NCBI RefSeq assembly: GCF_006345805.1
Contig: NC_042997.1
Span: 175,584,001 to 175,648,000 of the forward strand
Length of the DNA: 64,000 nucleotides
Reading direction: 5' to 3'
Origin: Octopus sinensis
Lineage: Eukaryota
Below, in pieces: positions 12,159-27,200 of the stretch. The position numbers and the translations under genes are program-made. The notes below the pieces were generated by a model, which ran no database searches, was not told where the DNA came from, and was given only the letters and a program-made list of their open reading frames with translations. Numbering within the stretch: the first letter of the stretch is position 1; each line of letters starts with the position of its first letter.

Positions 12159-15100
12159 ATGTTTGTGTATCTGTGTTTGTCCCAACATCGCTTGACAACT
12201 GATGGTGGTGTGTTTACGTCCCCATAACATAGCGGTTCGGCTAAAGAGACTGATAGAATAAGTGCTGGGCTTGTGGGGAATAAGTCTTGGGGGGGGGGTC
12301 GATTTGCTGGACTAAAGGCGGTGCTCCAGCATGGCCACAGTCAAATGACTGAAACAAGTAAAAGAATAAAAGAAATACACTCACACAAGTAAATGAAAAG
12401 GAATCTGCTCTAATCGCATGGGAAGTCAATTCAAGCCAAAAACACCAGAGGATAACTTGAATAAAAGCAAATACTGCACAAAAGATGCAAACACCTCTTC
12501 TAATGATGTAATAAAGATAATGCAAAACAGGAATGCAGATAAGATAGGCTCTAATGTACAACAAAAGCAACCCGTCAGATGAAAAGAACTTTGAATAAGT
12601 GATCCAAAACAGAGGGGGTTTTTAAGACCTGGTACACAAGCCTTTAATTACAGAAGCCCAATTAAATTACACTCAGTTCATTTAAAATTGCTGGTGATAA
12701 AAAAAAAGTTACATCTAGCTGCAAGAACCAAATAACCATAACAAAGAGGAGAGTTTACTCTGTTGCTTGTGGTTGTCAGTTACTGAAGGGATAAAAGCGG
12801 CAAAACAGTATCAGAACAAACCTGTCTAACCCATACCAGCATTAAAAAAAGATAAGTAAAAATAAGGATAAGCTTCAATATATGCAGGTTTCAGTGACAG
12901 ATTTGCATTAAAAACACATCACCATTTAACATCTTCTTCTATGCTGGAATGGGTTGAACTACTACTCATCATCATCATCGTATAACATCCGTTTTCAATG
13001 CTGGCATGGGCTGGATGGTTTGACTGGGGACTGGCAAGCCAGGAGGCTGCACCATGGTTTTTACGTGCCACTAGCACAGGAGCCAATCAGGCAGCACTGG
13101 CAATAGCTATGCTCGGATTGTGCCACCGGTATAGGAGCCAGTCACATTTGGATGGTGCTTTTTATGTGCCACCGGCACGGGGAGCCAGTCAGATTGCACT
13201 GGTATCAACCCACATATGAATGGTGCTTATTGCATGCCACTAGCACAGGAGCCAGTCAGGCAGCACAGGCATCAGCCACAGATACAATTTCCATCTTGAT
13301 TTCAATTGGAGATTCTGACTGATTTTCATTTTACTTGACACAAAAGGTCTCCTCAAGCACAGCATGTCACCCAACGATTCAAAGTTACTTTTTAGACTGG
13401 TTATGTGACACTGGTATAGGTTACAACTGTGATCTCACTTTACTTCCCAGGTTTTCTCAATAACAGCACATCTCCAGAGGTCTAGGTCTCGTCATTGCCT
13501 GTGAAGCCCAACATTCAAAGGTCATGCTTCATCACCTTATCCCAGGTCTTTCTGGGTCTCCCTCTTCCACGGGTTCCCTCCACTGTTAGGAAGTGACACT
13601 TCTTCACACAGCTCTCCTCATCCATACGCAGCACATGACCATACCAACGCAGTCATCTCTCTTCTACACCACATCTGATGCTTCTTATGAATCAAAAGCA
13701 GATGATTATGAGACAAGGCAGTGAGCTGGCAGAAACGTTAGCATGCCGGGCAAAATGCGTAGTCGTATTTCGTCTGCCGTTACGTTCTGAGTTCAAATTC
13801 CGCCGAGGTCGGCTTTGCCTTTCATCCTTTTGGGGTCGATAAATTAAGTACCAGTTACGCACTGAGATCGATGTAATCGACTTAATCCGTTTGTCCCCTC
13901 TGTGTTTAGCCCCTTGTGGGCAGTAAAGAAATAGATTATGAGACATTTAGTAATATTGTCTAAATTTTTCCTTATGTAAATCAACAGGAACCTGTCTTTA
14001 TATTACCTGTAAGCCATAATGAGCCGAAACTGCTTGACACCATTCAAAAAGTAGCTGATGTTTCTCATTTTCTGGTTTAAGAAGTCCTTCCACTGAATTA
14101 CGTTTGACTGAAATAATGGTGAAGAATATTTTCATTATTCATTTAAAAGGGAAAAAGACCTGTCTAATATAGTGACAATCAGATTTACTACAATTATAAA
14201 TATAGTTTTATTATAATTACTCTAATTACAAATATACATTGAATATTTGGCTAATTGCAACACCAGTGATTTTTTAAACATTTATTCCTATATCAGTAGA
14301 GGCTAAATTTGTAGCTGCTAGTGAACAATTAATACAATTAAAGTGATTTTATTACATTTTACTAAAGTCCTGGTTAATTTATTTGTGACAAAGTCAGCAC
14401 AGGGTGGATGTTTGTGATATTACCAGGAGAGAGTGGGTACTTGATAGCGGAGGAGTCACAGAATATTCCAAAAAAACATATCCTGGTTCACAGACATTGC
14501 TAATAGAATATGTAAGTAATCTATAAATTTGTAGAAAAAGACCCTTTATGGATACAAATACCAAGTCTATAACAGAATATGGACGTAAAATTTCATTCCA
14601 TAACTGCATGCTTACATACAACAAAGATCCAAATTGCAAACAACAGTGAACTTAACATCTCTAGGCTAAGATTATATTCAAAATAACCCATGTTATTTTG
14701 GCCAAAAAGTTGACATGTTAAAATTTGTCCAGTACGTTTTGGAAATGTTAAAAATGGTTGTCTCCAAAATACTTCAAAAGAAAATTATAGTTTCAAGAGA
14801 CCAAATGTTAGGAAAAATAAAGAGATCAGGTGGCAAGATCAAGTTAAAGTAAATTCAATAGCTTACAAGGATGAGAGATTCATATTTTCTTATAACTGTA
14901 TTTCAGAAGTGCTGATAAATAGTTTTAACCGATACAGCCAATATTCTTACCCAAATTTTGGGATAAAACATTCAAAGCCACTTACTTGAATAATCCTCAA
15001 CACCAGCCAACTTCCTAACAGACCTTTTCTTCTCAAGGCATCTCTTCAAAAAGTGGACTTCATCTCTAAGCTCATTGATATCCAGAAGTATATCAACCTG

Positions 15101-18100
15101 AAAAGAGGGCCAAAATAAAAGTAATCCAAAACAGAAAACAATGATTCATGCAACAATATTGAATAAAGTACAGATTTGTTTTAACATCAATGACAAAAAA
15201 TATATTAAGCTTAAATTTCCGGAGGAAAGGTTTCAAATCATTTATAAACTTAGACAGCTATAACCCTATAATCCACTAAGGATACATCATTGCATACAAA
15301 ATTGTTACAAAATTTCATCTTAACCTGATCATCCCCAGCCTATACAATTTTAGAATTATTTTTTAAAACCATAAACAAGTAACTATATATACATTAATTC
15401 AATTTGAACATTAAAAAAAAACTGTATCCATTACCACCTTCTGCAAGGAAAGGAGATATACACAAAACTGGATTTGCTGATTCTTTGAGATCAAAATGAA
15501 ATACTCAAAGAGGTTCCCAACAGTGGTACTTTTTAAACAAGTTGAGTCATAGATAGATCCCTCAAATGAGATTTAATTATTTCATTTTGAAATTATTTCT
15601 AATTCTAAATACATAACAGAATTACCTGAAAACCAGTCACAATTCTCCAAAGAAGAGTCAATGTTTTTTCTCTGTGTCCATCTACAATATCCTTAGCACA
15701 TATTGAACCTGAAATATCAAATATTTCAGAATTAAAGATTTCTCAAGAATTTATGAAGAATTGGAAACAAGAAAAGGAATGAAATGAAATTAAAGTCTCC
15801 ATTAAAAGATTTCATGTCAATCTACTCAAAGAAAAAATAAAAGCTAAGTTACCTTTAGCAAGGCTTAGGTCCATTCCATTGTTCAATAAAGCTTTCAGCA
15901 CTTTGTTAACATTGTGGATCTTCTGCAGACGACTAATTGCAGGGGCACGAAGGGAGTCGGTGAGTTCCCATTTACCTGTGAGTATTTCTATAACTCGACT
16001 AAACAAAGAAAAAATATTCTGACATTACTGTTTTGTACATCCATCTGCCACATGCCCAAAATAATAATGCTTTATTTTAATATATAATGTATATAATATA
16101 ATGAAATTATTGTATACAGTGCTCAGGTGCACCACAACTTGTCAAAAAGTGCGTATAAAGTATATGCAGTAATGTACAAATGTCTGGAAAGTGAACGGTG
16201 CATGAGTCAGATACATGCTTGTGTGTGTATGGAGGGGAGAAAATCAGGTGTAGTGTTGGCGAATCTCAGAAAGCATGGAAGTTTTGAAGGATGCAGTGCT
16301 CCAACAACTAACAACTGATGCCGGCAGTTTGTTCCATGCTTCAGCAACTCTTAGCATGAAAAAATGTTTCCTAAAGTCATGGGAGCTGTGCTGTTTTCTG
16401 ACTTTGTAAACATGTCCACGGGTGTTAGACGGGTGAAGTTTGAAAAGGCGCTCAGAGTTATTGTTTGTAAGATGGTTAATAGTTTTATGGGTGTCTGCCA
16501 AGTCAGCTGCCAGACATCGGAGTTTCAATGTGTCCATGCCCAGGGAAGTAAGGCGTTCAGAATATGGCAAATGCCTGATGGAGAGTATTCTCTTGGTTGC
16601 ACGTCACTGAACGGCTTCCAGATGATTAATATCCTGGGCAAGATAGTGGTTCCAGACCGGTGATGCAAATTCCAGGTGAGGTCTTACCATAGCTATATAA
16701 AGCCGCAGGGTCAATTATGTAACAGCAAGGTATTTTCAAGCCGACCTATGTCTTATTAAATTTGGTAGACAGAAACTGCAAGATGCTTGTCATGTGTATG
16801 TGAGTGGTGTGGGTGTTCATATTCTACACTTGTAACCACTTGGGTGAAGTGTTGACATTCCTTTTGACATTATGATCAGTCACTGTACACTTGGAGACTT
16901 TTAGAATAAAGTATCCCTTATTTGCGAAGCAGATAAGGGCTGGAAATGAAGATCAACTTATCTGGAAACTTCCATCATAAAAATAACTCCTCATGCAACC
17001 AAAGTTAGCATAGAAAAAATGGATGTTAAATGAACAAGCACATGAAAGGATTCAATTGAAAACTTACCTTAGAAGGGTAAAAATATAAATAACAGTTGAA
17101 CACGGCTTAAATCCATCATAGCCAGTTTCAAATAGGATTGAAAAAAATGGAAGAGTGAGAAGCATAGGATTAGCAGCCCTGCACAATCAGTTCTCTACAC
17201 TGCTGCAGAAATGCCAATAAGAGAACATGAAAACTGGTGCTAGTAAGGCAAGACAGCCCTCAGAGACTACATATGAAGCAATGTAATGGAAGCACAAACT
17301 GGATTTACCTGTAATTTGGCATTATACTATGATGATTGAGAAAGAAAAAAGAGGTTCTAGATCTCAATCCAAAATTAGTTAAAATGCTAAAAACTTTAAA
17401 TGATTTCTCATACTGGAAGGAGATATAACATTATCAATACAGGATTGATAGATACTGATAGAAGTGATGTTAAGCCTCAAAGATTTGAACTTAGAAGAAT
17501 GATAAATCTAAACACTTCAAAAGCATTTTGTTTAAATGTTAACAATTCTGCCAGCTCAATATCTCAACAAAAATAGGTGTAGCTGTGTGGCTAAAAGGTT
17601 CACTTTGCAATGGAGTTTCAGTTTCAATCCTCCTATACAACACCATGGGCAATATCTTTCTTCAGTCGACCAAAGCTTTGTCAATGAAATTGAGTTATAT
17701 GGAAACTGTAAAAACCTGTCAGAGACACCATTCTTATGGTGGTAGGCTTAATTTGATGCTTGGTTTAACCCTTTAGCATTCAGATTATTCTATCTAATGT
17801 AATATTTATCCATATTGCTTTAACCTAATCATGCATTATTTCATAGCTTCAAGATTTCAACGTTATCACCTATTTTTAGAATGACATTATAGGTTGGTGT
17901 GAGATACCAAATCTAGGCAGTTTTAACATAAAATATTATTTGGGCCGGATGTGGCCAGTTTACCCTAAAGGGTTAATATCTCCACCACTACCACCGCCTG
18001 GTCCTAAGGTGTTTAACAAAATCAACTATTGCAAGCATTAGAGCCAGGCCTCCAGCTGGAGAATAATGTTCTGTCCCATGCCTGTACCCTTTTTCCTCTG

Positions 18101-21100
18101 ATCAAGTTAAGAAAAAGAAATAAAGAAAGTCCTTACGTTAGACGAATTCCATCTCGTAGATCAACAGCAAGGTTAGAAACTGCATAATCAAATTCATGCA
18201 AAGGTGTTTGGACATAGCTGACAGTGTATCCAAAATAAGACAGATGGCGAGCAACATCACCTTCACCTTTAAGAAATATCCTTGCTATATTATAGAGAAG
18301 GTCTTTGCTTGCCTGTGAAAATAAGTAAAATACATCAGCTACATTAGTAACATAGAGATAAAATGTTTATATTTTATGCTTGTACAGATATTAAAGTAAC
18401 ATTTTCCCCTCCATTATACAAATATTTTTCTTAACATTTTAACCAAAACAAACTGCAAAGACTAAAGAGACGAACTGAGCAAACCAGTAATGGGATTAAG
18501 ATGTGGAGCTAACCAAATAGTTGGGAGTTGAAATTTTCCAACAAATTTTGTTTTCACTCTTGAACAAACTATAGATGACCATAGGTTTTAATAATTGTTT
18601 AAAAGTTAACAGTAAGAGAATTTAGTTCTAAAAATCCTCACAAGGTCTTGTGGAAAAATACATGTAAAAACAGAAAAGAGTATTCACATTTGTGATAAGA
18701 AATTATAATCTGTTAACAAGAGTCACATAATAATTGAACTATCTGACTCACTGCCAGATCTGACTGGCCTGGTGCAGCCTTCGGGCTTGCCAGACCCCAG
18801 TTGAACCGTCCAACCCATGCTAGCATGGAAAGCGGACGTTAAACGATGATGATGATGATGATGATTCCAGTTAGCCATTTACAATTACATTAATTGTATA
18901 CCCCAAATAAACTGTTTACTATAAAGAGAAACAAAACAACGTGGATAGCTCATTAATACCATTATGGGTCAAAATGTTAGAAAACAATTTCAAACGGTGT
19001 AAATCCTCATCATCATATCATTGTTTAACGTCTGCTTTCCATGCTATCATGGGCTGAACAATTTGACTGAGGACTGGCGAACCAAACAGCTGCACCAGGT
19101 TTCAGTCTTGATATGTCAGAGTTTCTATAGCTGGATGCCCTTCCTAATGCCAACCACTCCGAGAGTGTAGCATAAAAGATATGCTAAAACAATCCTAAAC
19201 ACTGAGACGAAATGTATTGACTGAAAGGGTTTGAACTTGCCTTGATTTCAGCATCTTTGCAGAAAAGACAGGGATCATGTTCTATGAGTCGCTTCCTTTT
19301 AGCATAATCCAGAAAGAAAACCAGAATCAAATACTTTTTCAAGGTATGTTTAGAGAGGGCGTCTTGGTAACCTGACAAAGATGCAAAATGTTAAAACAAT
19401 AGATTTACTTCAAAGAGAATACAGATGTAACAAAATATTGTTTAAATGCTCAAAAGAGTTGAGTAACAGACAGTTCATCTCATTTATGGTATTAGCTAAA
19501 TCTAACACTGTAGTGGTTTCCATAGCAAGAAACAATTCTTTCTTCAGTCCACCCAACCATTTAACCCTTTCCTTACCAACCTGGCTGAAACCGGCTCTGG
19601 CTCTGAGTACAAATGTCTTGTTTTCACAAGTTTTGAATTGAAATCTTCCACTGAACTTAAGTCACAATTTATGTTCCTAACACTAACTGAATGATAACTA
19701 AGTTATTTTACTAAATTCTTTGTTATATTTAAAGTGATTGAAAAAAACTCAGAACATCTCAACATAAATACAGTAATGAAAGAGTTAAAACAGATGCTAT
19801 GAAGAAGCACATCTCACCAGCACAAACACTGTAAATGATCAGTTTGGTTAGCTTGCAGTGCTGTGCTCAAATTTATATTCTATTGATATTGATACTCAAA
19901 TGATATTCTATTTAAGAGAATTTGAACAGTATAGAAATTAGAATAAACTCTCTCCACTACCATTGACACGTCTATAGTAGAAACAAACAAAAAGATTTCC
20001 AAAATAAGACATAGCTGTGTGGTAAGAAGCTTGTTTCCCAACCACATGGTTCTAGGTTCAGTCCCATTGCATGGCACCTTGGGCAAATGTCTTCTAGTAT
20101 AGCCTCAGACCAACCAAAGCCTTGTGAATGGATTTGGTAGATAGAAACTGAAACTAGTCTATCATGTGCGCATGCGTGTGTGTTCATTCTCCACCTCCCA
20201 CTTGACAACCAGTGTTGATGAGTTTATATCCCCATAACTTAGAGGTCTGGCAAGAGAGACCAATAGAATAAGTACTAAGCTTCAAAAAAAAAAAAAAAGT
20301 CCTGGGGTTGATTTGTTTAAAAACTCTTCAAGGTGGTGTCCCCAGCATGGCTGCAGTCAAATGATTGAAATAAGTAAAAGATAAATAAATACTCTTTCTT
20401 AAAAAATTAAAATAGGGTAAACTTTTTCGTACAGAAATGCTAAGAAATGGAAAGAATTAAGGCAAAAATCCGAAGTTAATGTAAAGCTACCTTCTCTGTA
20501 AAGATGTGGCACTGTAGGATGAGCATACCGATTGGCAATGTCAGGGTTTCCAAGTAAGCGAGTAACAATAAACCTTGATATGCCCAAGAAGTCAGTATTG
20601 GAATCAATAAGCAAGATTTCTCCAAACACCATCTGTAATAGATCAAATATCACTAAAACATCAAAAAGATAAAATACACACCAATTAAACTTATGTCAAC
20701 ATGGGTTGAAGAGATCTTAAGTACAGCAACTTCTGGCCTGCATAACTGGACATTAATGTTTCTATAATTATGATTAAAAAAACCCATACTTTGATTTTTT
20801 TTTAAAAACTATAAAATTGGATTTGGTCCTTGGATGTTGCCAGATTTTTTTTTTTTTTAATTTGAAGAGAATGGTATCATCATTGTTTAACATCTGCTTT
20901 CCATGCTAGCATGGGTTGGACAATTTAACTGAGGCCTGGCGAACCAGATGGCTGCACCAGGCTCCAATCTTGATCTGGCAGAGTTTCTACAGCTGGATGC
21001 CTTTCCTAATGCCATTTTTGTATTTAAACGAAATTTAAAATTTCATGGCTGTGTGGTAAGAAGTTTGCTTCCCAACCACATGGTTCTGGGTTCAGTCCTG

Positions 21101-24100
21101 CTTGACACTTTGGGCAAGTGTCTTCTACTACAGCCTCACACTGATCAAAGACTCCTGAGTGGAGTTGATAGACAGAAACTGAAAAAAAAAAAAAACCCAG
21201 TCTCTTGTGTGTCCATCCCACACCACCACATGATAACCACTATTGGTTTGTTTACATCCCCGTAACTTAGTGGTTCAGCAAAACAGACTGAAAAAAAAAG
21301 TACTGGGGTCAGTTCATTCGACTGAACACTCTTGAAGGCAGTGCCCTGCCACAGTCACAGTCTAATGACAAACAAGTAAAAAAAATAATTCTTACATTTT
21401 CTTTAACCCTTTCGTTACCAACCCGGCTGAAACCGGTTCTGGCTCTGTAGTACAAATGTCTTGTTTTCATAAGTTTTTAATTAAAATCTTCCACCAAACC
21501 ATAGTCACAATTTATGTTCCAAACAATAGTTGAATGATAATTAAGTTATTTTACTAAATTCTTTGTTATATTTAAAGTAATTGAAAGAAACACAGAGCAT
21601 CTAAAAAAAAATACAGTAACGAAAGGGTTAAGTGGTAATAATTCTTAAAAATTAGGATGGTGGGGAGGGAAAGGAAATCAGAAGTACCAACCTCTAAACC
21701 AATTCGCAACCACAAGGAATTGTATGAGAGAATCCAGTTCAAGATCATCTGTTTCAAACCGATATCAGCGTGCACAGGACGATCTTTCCTCATGACCAAT
21801 CTCTGACTGTCGATTTCCACCTCAAGTCGCCGGACAACTTTTACTATGTCCTCAGTCTGAAACATTTTACAGGCAAGCTTCCTCAGTCTGTTAAGTCTCT
21901 TGCGTGCAGCATAAGCTTCAAAGCTCAACACCTCTTTGGATGGAGCAAGTCTTGCTTCTTGTTTGGTACTGAACAGTAGTGATTTAGCATCAACTAGAAA
22001 AAATGAATCAAAAACAATGTTTAGAGAGTAAAATATTACAAAATATGTTGATTGGAACTGTACTGGGAAAAAAAATTTTCTTTCTTGTATTGAAATATTA
22101 TTGGTCAGAAGTTCAGAGATTGCTATAACAAACAGCTATGTCTTCAAACTAAGAGCATCACTGCCAACTTTATTTTATCTGTATAGAAAATAAGGCAGCA
22201 GAGTTTGATTTCTACATCATGATTACATATTTGTAACATCCATCTGTAGATGGACTTGTAGTAATAAGCAAGTGTCCAAACTTAAACCTTATCTAATACA
22301 TAATTGTTTTACATCCACTTTCCATGCTGGAATGGGCTGGACAAGATATCACAATCCAAGTCAGTTCTTATTTAGACTTACTGCCCTTCTAGATCAGGCA
22401 AGGGACCACATTTCAATCATACTTATCTGACAATTTTCTGCTATTGGATGCCCTTCCTAACACCAACCAGTTTATAGAGTTTACTAGAAACAATTTATAG
22501 TGAGATTGCCAAAAGGATCCTCACTGCAACATGGCCAACAGGGACTGAGATGACAGTATGGAAGAGGAGAGAAATACTGGAAAGATTAATGAAGAATGAC
22601 TAATTGCAAGTACATGTTTACCGGTAAAAAAGAACTGCTAAACAGTAAGAGAGCATGGCGGGTGCGGCCAGAGAGCTTGGCGGGCGCAGCCAGAGAGCAT
22701 GGCAGGCGCAGCCAGAGAGCATGGGGGGCGCGACCAGAGAGCATGGCATTTTTTTTTTTTTTTAAATAGGTTGACATGTTAGAGTTAATTCTTCAATTTT
22801 TTCTTCGATAGTTCCTTTATATCCTATAACTGAAAATTGCTTCACTTGAACATAGAGCATCAAGTTATCTTCCAAGCTACTCATCTGGTTGACCTGCAGA
22901 AAGTGGACAAATCTCCTTCAAATTAATCACCACTGTCTTACAAATGAAGAACACATTAAATGTAGTTTGAATATAAGATAGGATGATCATAGTTAAATGC
23001 CTTTGATCATAGGTTTGCTCAGTATCAACCTTAAGCTATTCAACAAATTCTGAACAATAAAAGTATTTTAAAAATAAATTAAGAGATCTCACTAAAATCC
23101 TGAACAAAGATCCACAAAAATAAGACCATATTGAATTACCTTTGACACATTTTCTGATTTTGTATTCCTCAACGGGAGTTAAGATGTAGTTGAACCAATG
23201 AGTAAAACTCCATTCTTGTTTCTGCATCCATCTTTCATCATAATAGATATTCTTACTAGCAAATGGCATAGGATGTTTTGGAATAACTGATAAAGAAAAA
23301 AGGAAAATGAAAGAAATCAGTTAAAGACAAATTCTTTTTTAACAGGAACAGAGTTAATTTTTTTTAGCTAGAGAAAGGTGTATGTGAAAATTAATAATGG
23401 AAATTGTAGTTAAGATACCCGTGCCAGTGACACGTAAAAAGCACCATCCGAATGTGGAAGATGCCAGCACCACCTGACTGGCGTCCGTGTCAGTGACACG
23501 TAAAAGCACCAACCGATCGTGGCCGTTTGCCAGTCTCCTCTGGCCCCTGTGCTGGTGGCACGTAAAATGCACCCACTGCACTCACAGAGTGGTTGGTGTT
23601 AGGAAGGGCATCCAGCTGTAGAAACACTGCCAGATCAGACTGGAGCCTGGTGCAGCCTCCTGGCTTCCCAGACCCCGGTCGAACCATCCAACCCATGCCA
23701 GCATGGAAAACAGATGTTAAACGATGATGATGATGACTTGTAGTAATAAGCAAGTGTCCAAACTAAAACCATATCTAATGCATAATTGTTTTACATCCAC
23801 TTTCCATGCTGGCATGGGCTGGACAAGATATCACAATCCAAGTCAATTCTTATTTAGACACTCCTAGATCAGAGTATGTGAAAATTAATCACAGCTTTTA
23901 TTTTAATTCATCTGCTTATAAATTATAGAACCTTGTGGTATTAAAATTGATATACTCATGTATCCTACCCAGCACTGTCACAGAAAGCACTACAGTTTTA
24001 AAAAGTGCAATTTCAAATGAGAAAGTAACAGTTAGTTCATGATACATATGATACATAAAGGCGCAGGAGTGGCTGTGTGGTAAGTAGCTTGCTAACCAAC

Positions 24101-24219
24101 CACATGGTTCCGGGTTCAGTCCCACTGCGTGGCATCTTGGGCAAGTGTCTTCTGCTATAGCCTCAGGCCCACCAAAGCCTTATGAGTGGATTTGGTAGAC
24201 GGAAACTGAAAGAAGCCTG

Positions 24220-24271
<52 letters not shown>

Positions 24272-27200
24272 ATATGTTTGTGTATCTGTGTTTGTCCCTC
24301 TAGCATTGCTTGACAACCGATGCTGGTGTGTTTACGTCCCCATCACTTAGCGGTTCGGCAAAAGAGACTGATAGAATAAGTACTGGGCTTACAAAGAATA
24401 AGTCCCGGGGTCGATTTGCTCGACTAAAGTCGGTGCTCCAGCATGGCTGCAGTCAAATGACTGAAACAAGTAAAAAAAAAAAAAATATGTACGTACGTAT
24501 GCATGCATGCATGCCTGTATGTATGTTGTATGTATTTAGATAAGTGTGTAGACGTGTCTGTACATGTGAACACACCTAAATACTCATGTACATACATAAG
24601 TGCATATGCAGATACGTGCATATGTATGTACATGCATGCGTACATACTACATAGAAAGACACTGAGTTTTAATACCACCAGCAGTAATTTCAATTGGCTT
24701 AGCTGTATGGCAATTTTAAGTTAAAATTCCATTGTCAAAACATTTTTTAATAGGTTTCTGCAAAAATTGTTACAAGTCAATGAAACTTACCAGTTTTTTC
24801 TCTCTTGCCTAAAATCAGTCTGCTCTGGGCCACAGCTGGCTTCTTGGGAGACAAAACCGATCTTCTCTTCATTTCTGTAAAGAAATGGGTGCAATTATTT
24901 ACAGCCATATTATAATAGGAGTTAGATGCGTGGGGTGAGTGGGCTGGAATTGTGGGGATACCATATTGCAGATCTAGCCTCATTGTGCAAAATAAAAAAT
25001 TCAAATGACTAGGGTGAGGCTTCATAGCAAATTACAAAACAATGAAATAAAAGGAAAAATACAATTCTTCTATTTGTTTCAGTAATAGGACTGTGGCCAT
25101 GCTGTTGATTTGTTCAACTAAAACAGTTTAGAGGGTTTAGTCAAGTGGTTCACAACCCTTTTTTGCCAATGAACCCCTTTAATTCCCATTTTGCTCTACT
25201 AGACCCTAATAAGCATTGGAGGTTTAAAAAAAGTCCTCTTATATTTTGATATTAGAATTATAAAAAAAAAAAGTTAAATAATTTGTGTACTGTAGAAGTA
25301 TAACCAGTTATATGCACTAATTTTAACAATTTTATATTCCATTTGTCTCTTTTGCCAAACTGCTAAGTCAAAGGGATGTGAACAAACCAACACTGCTTGT
25401 CAAGAAGTGTGGTGAGCTAACACAGACATGTATATACAAAGGGAATCCATACAGTGTCCATTAACCAAATTCACTCAAAAGGTATAGTCAACCCAGGACT
25501 AAAGTAGAATACATTTGCCCAAGGTGCAACACATGGAACTGAACCAAAACCCATGTGGTTACGAAACAAGTTTCTTAACCACACATCCATGAGTGCACCT
25601 AAACAGAAATCCCATACAAATACAAATTACAAGTTTGTCAAATTACCCAAAATTTAAGCTTAGAAACCCAAAAAATATGAATCTAAGTACTCCAAAAACG
25701 GTTTTGAATATTTCACATGAACAAGCTAATTTTCTGCCAGAGAGACAATTACAAAAATTAAGAAAATGCCATTTAAATCAAACCCCACCACCTCAAGAAA
25801 AAAAGATTTCATCTTCAGACAAAAATATTTCAACTCTGATACTGGTGCCACATTAAAAGCCCCCAGTACACTCTAGAGTCTATGTCTTCCCAATAGCGAC
25901 ATATGATGTGAGACCTGGACACTAAAGAAAGCTGACCAGAAGAGAATTAATGCATTCGAGCTTTGGTGTTGGAGAAGACTTTTACAGATTCCATGGACAG
26001 CGAGGCTCACCAATGGAGAAGTTCTTAAGCAGATCAGGCCGAAAATGTCGCTAGAAGCTAGGATCACCAAGCATAGATTGGCATATTTCGATCATATTAT
26101 GCGGAGAAAATCCCTGGAGAAGGACATCATGCTCGGAATGGTCAGTGGCAAGAGAGGAAGAGGCCGACCAAGAATCCGCTGGCTTGACACCATCAAGAGT
26201 GATACCAGAATGGACATAGCCAATCTGAAAAAAGCAGCCCAGGATAGAACTGACTGGAGGAGACTGATCCAACGAGTAACCGAGAGTCGACTTCGACTGA
26301 GCGGATAGATAGATACACTCTAGAGTGGTTGGCATTAGGAAGGCCATCCAGTCATAGAGACCATGTCTGAACTGACAATGATACCTAGTATGGCCCCCTG
26401 GCCTTACCACCTCCTATCAAACCATCCAACCCACGCATGTAAAATAGATGTATGATGATGAATAACATATAAACTTTTACAAAATGCTAATATAATATGC
26501 AGCACACTCGAAAGAAGCTTACACAACTAAGGTGGTGTAAGAAGGCAGCAAAATGGTATATTGTTAAAGCATCAGAATGCTTTGCAAAATTTGTTCTGAT
26601 TATATTCAGAGTTCAAATCCAAGTCAACTTTGCCTGTCATCCTTTTGGTCGTTCATCATCATCATCGTTTAACATCTGCTTTCCATGCTAGCATGGGTTG
26701 GACGATTTTGACTGAAGGCTGGCGAACCAGATGGCTGCACCAGGCTCCAATCTTGATCTGGCAGAGTTTCTACAGCTGGATGCCTTTCCTAATGCCAACC
26801 ACTCTGAGAGTGTAGTGGGTGCTTTTTACATGCCACCAGCATGGGGACCAGTCAGGCAGTACTGGCAACGATGTCACTCGAATCTTTTTACACATGCCAC
26901 CGGCACAGGTGCCAGTAAGGCGCTCTGGCAACGATCACGCTCGGATGGTGCTCTTAGCACCCTACTAGCACGGGCACAAGTGCCAGTAAGGCAACATTGG
27001 TAACGATCACACTAGAACGGTGCCTTTTATGTGCCACTGGCATGGAAGCTGGTTAGCCGCTCTGTCAATGATCACACTCATATGGTGCTCTTTGCACCCT
27101 GCTAGCACGTATGCCAGTCATCGAATTTGATTTTGATCTGGAATGAAGCATGGATTCTCATAAATTATCTTAGATACCCAACAATATATTAGTTCATTTC

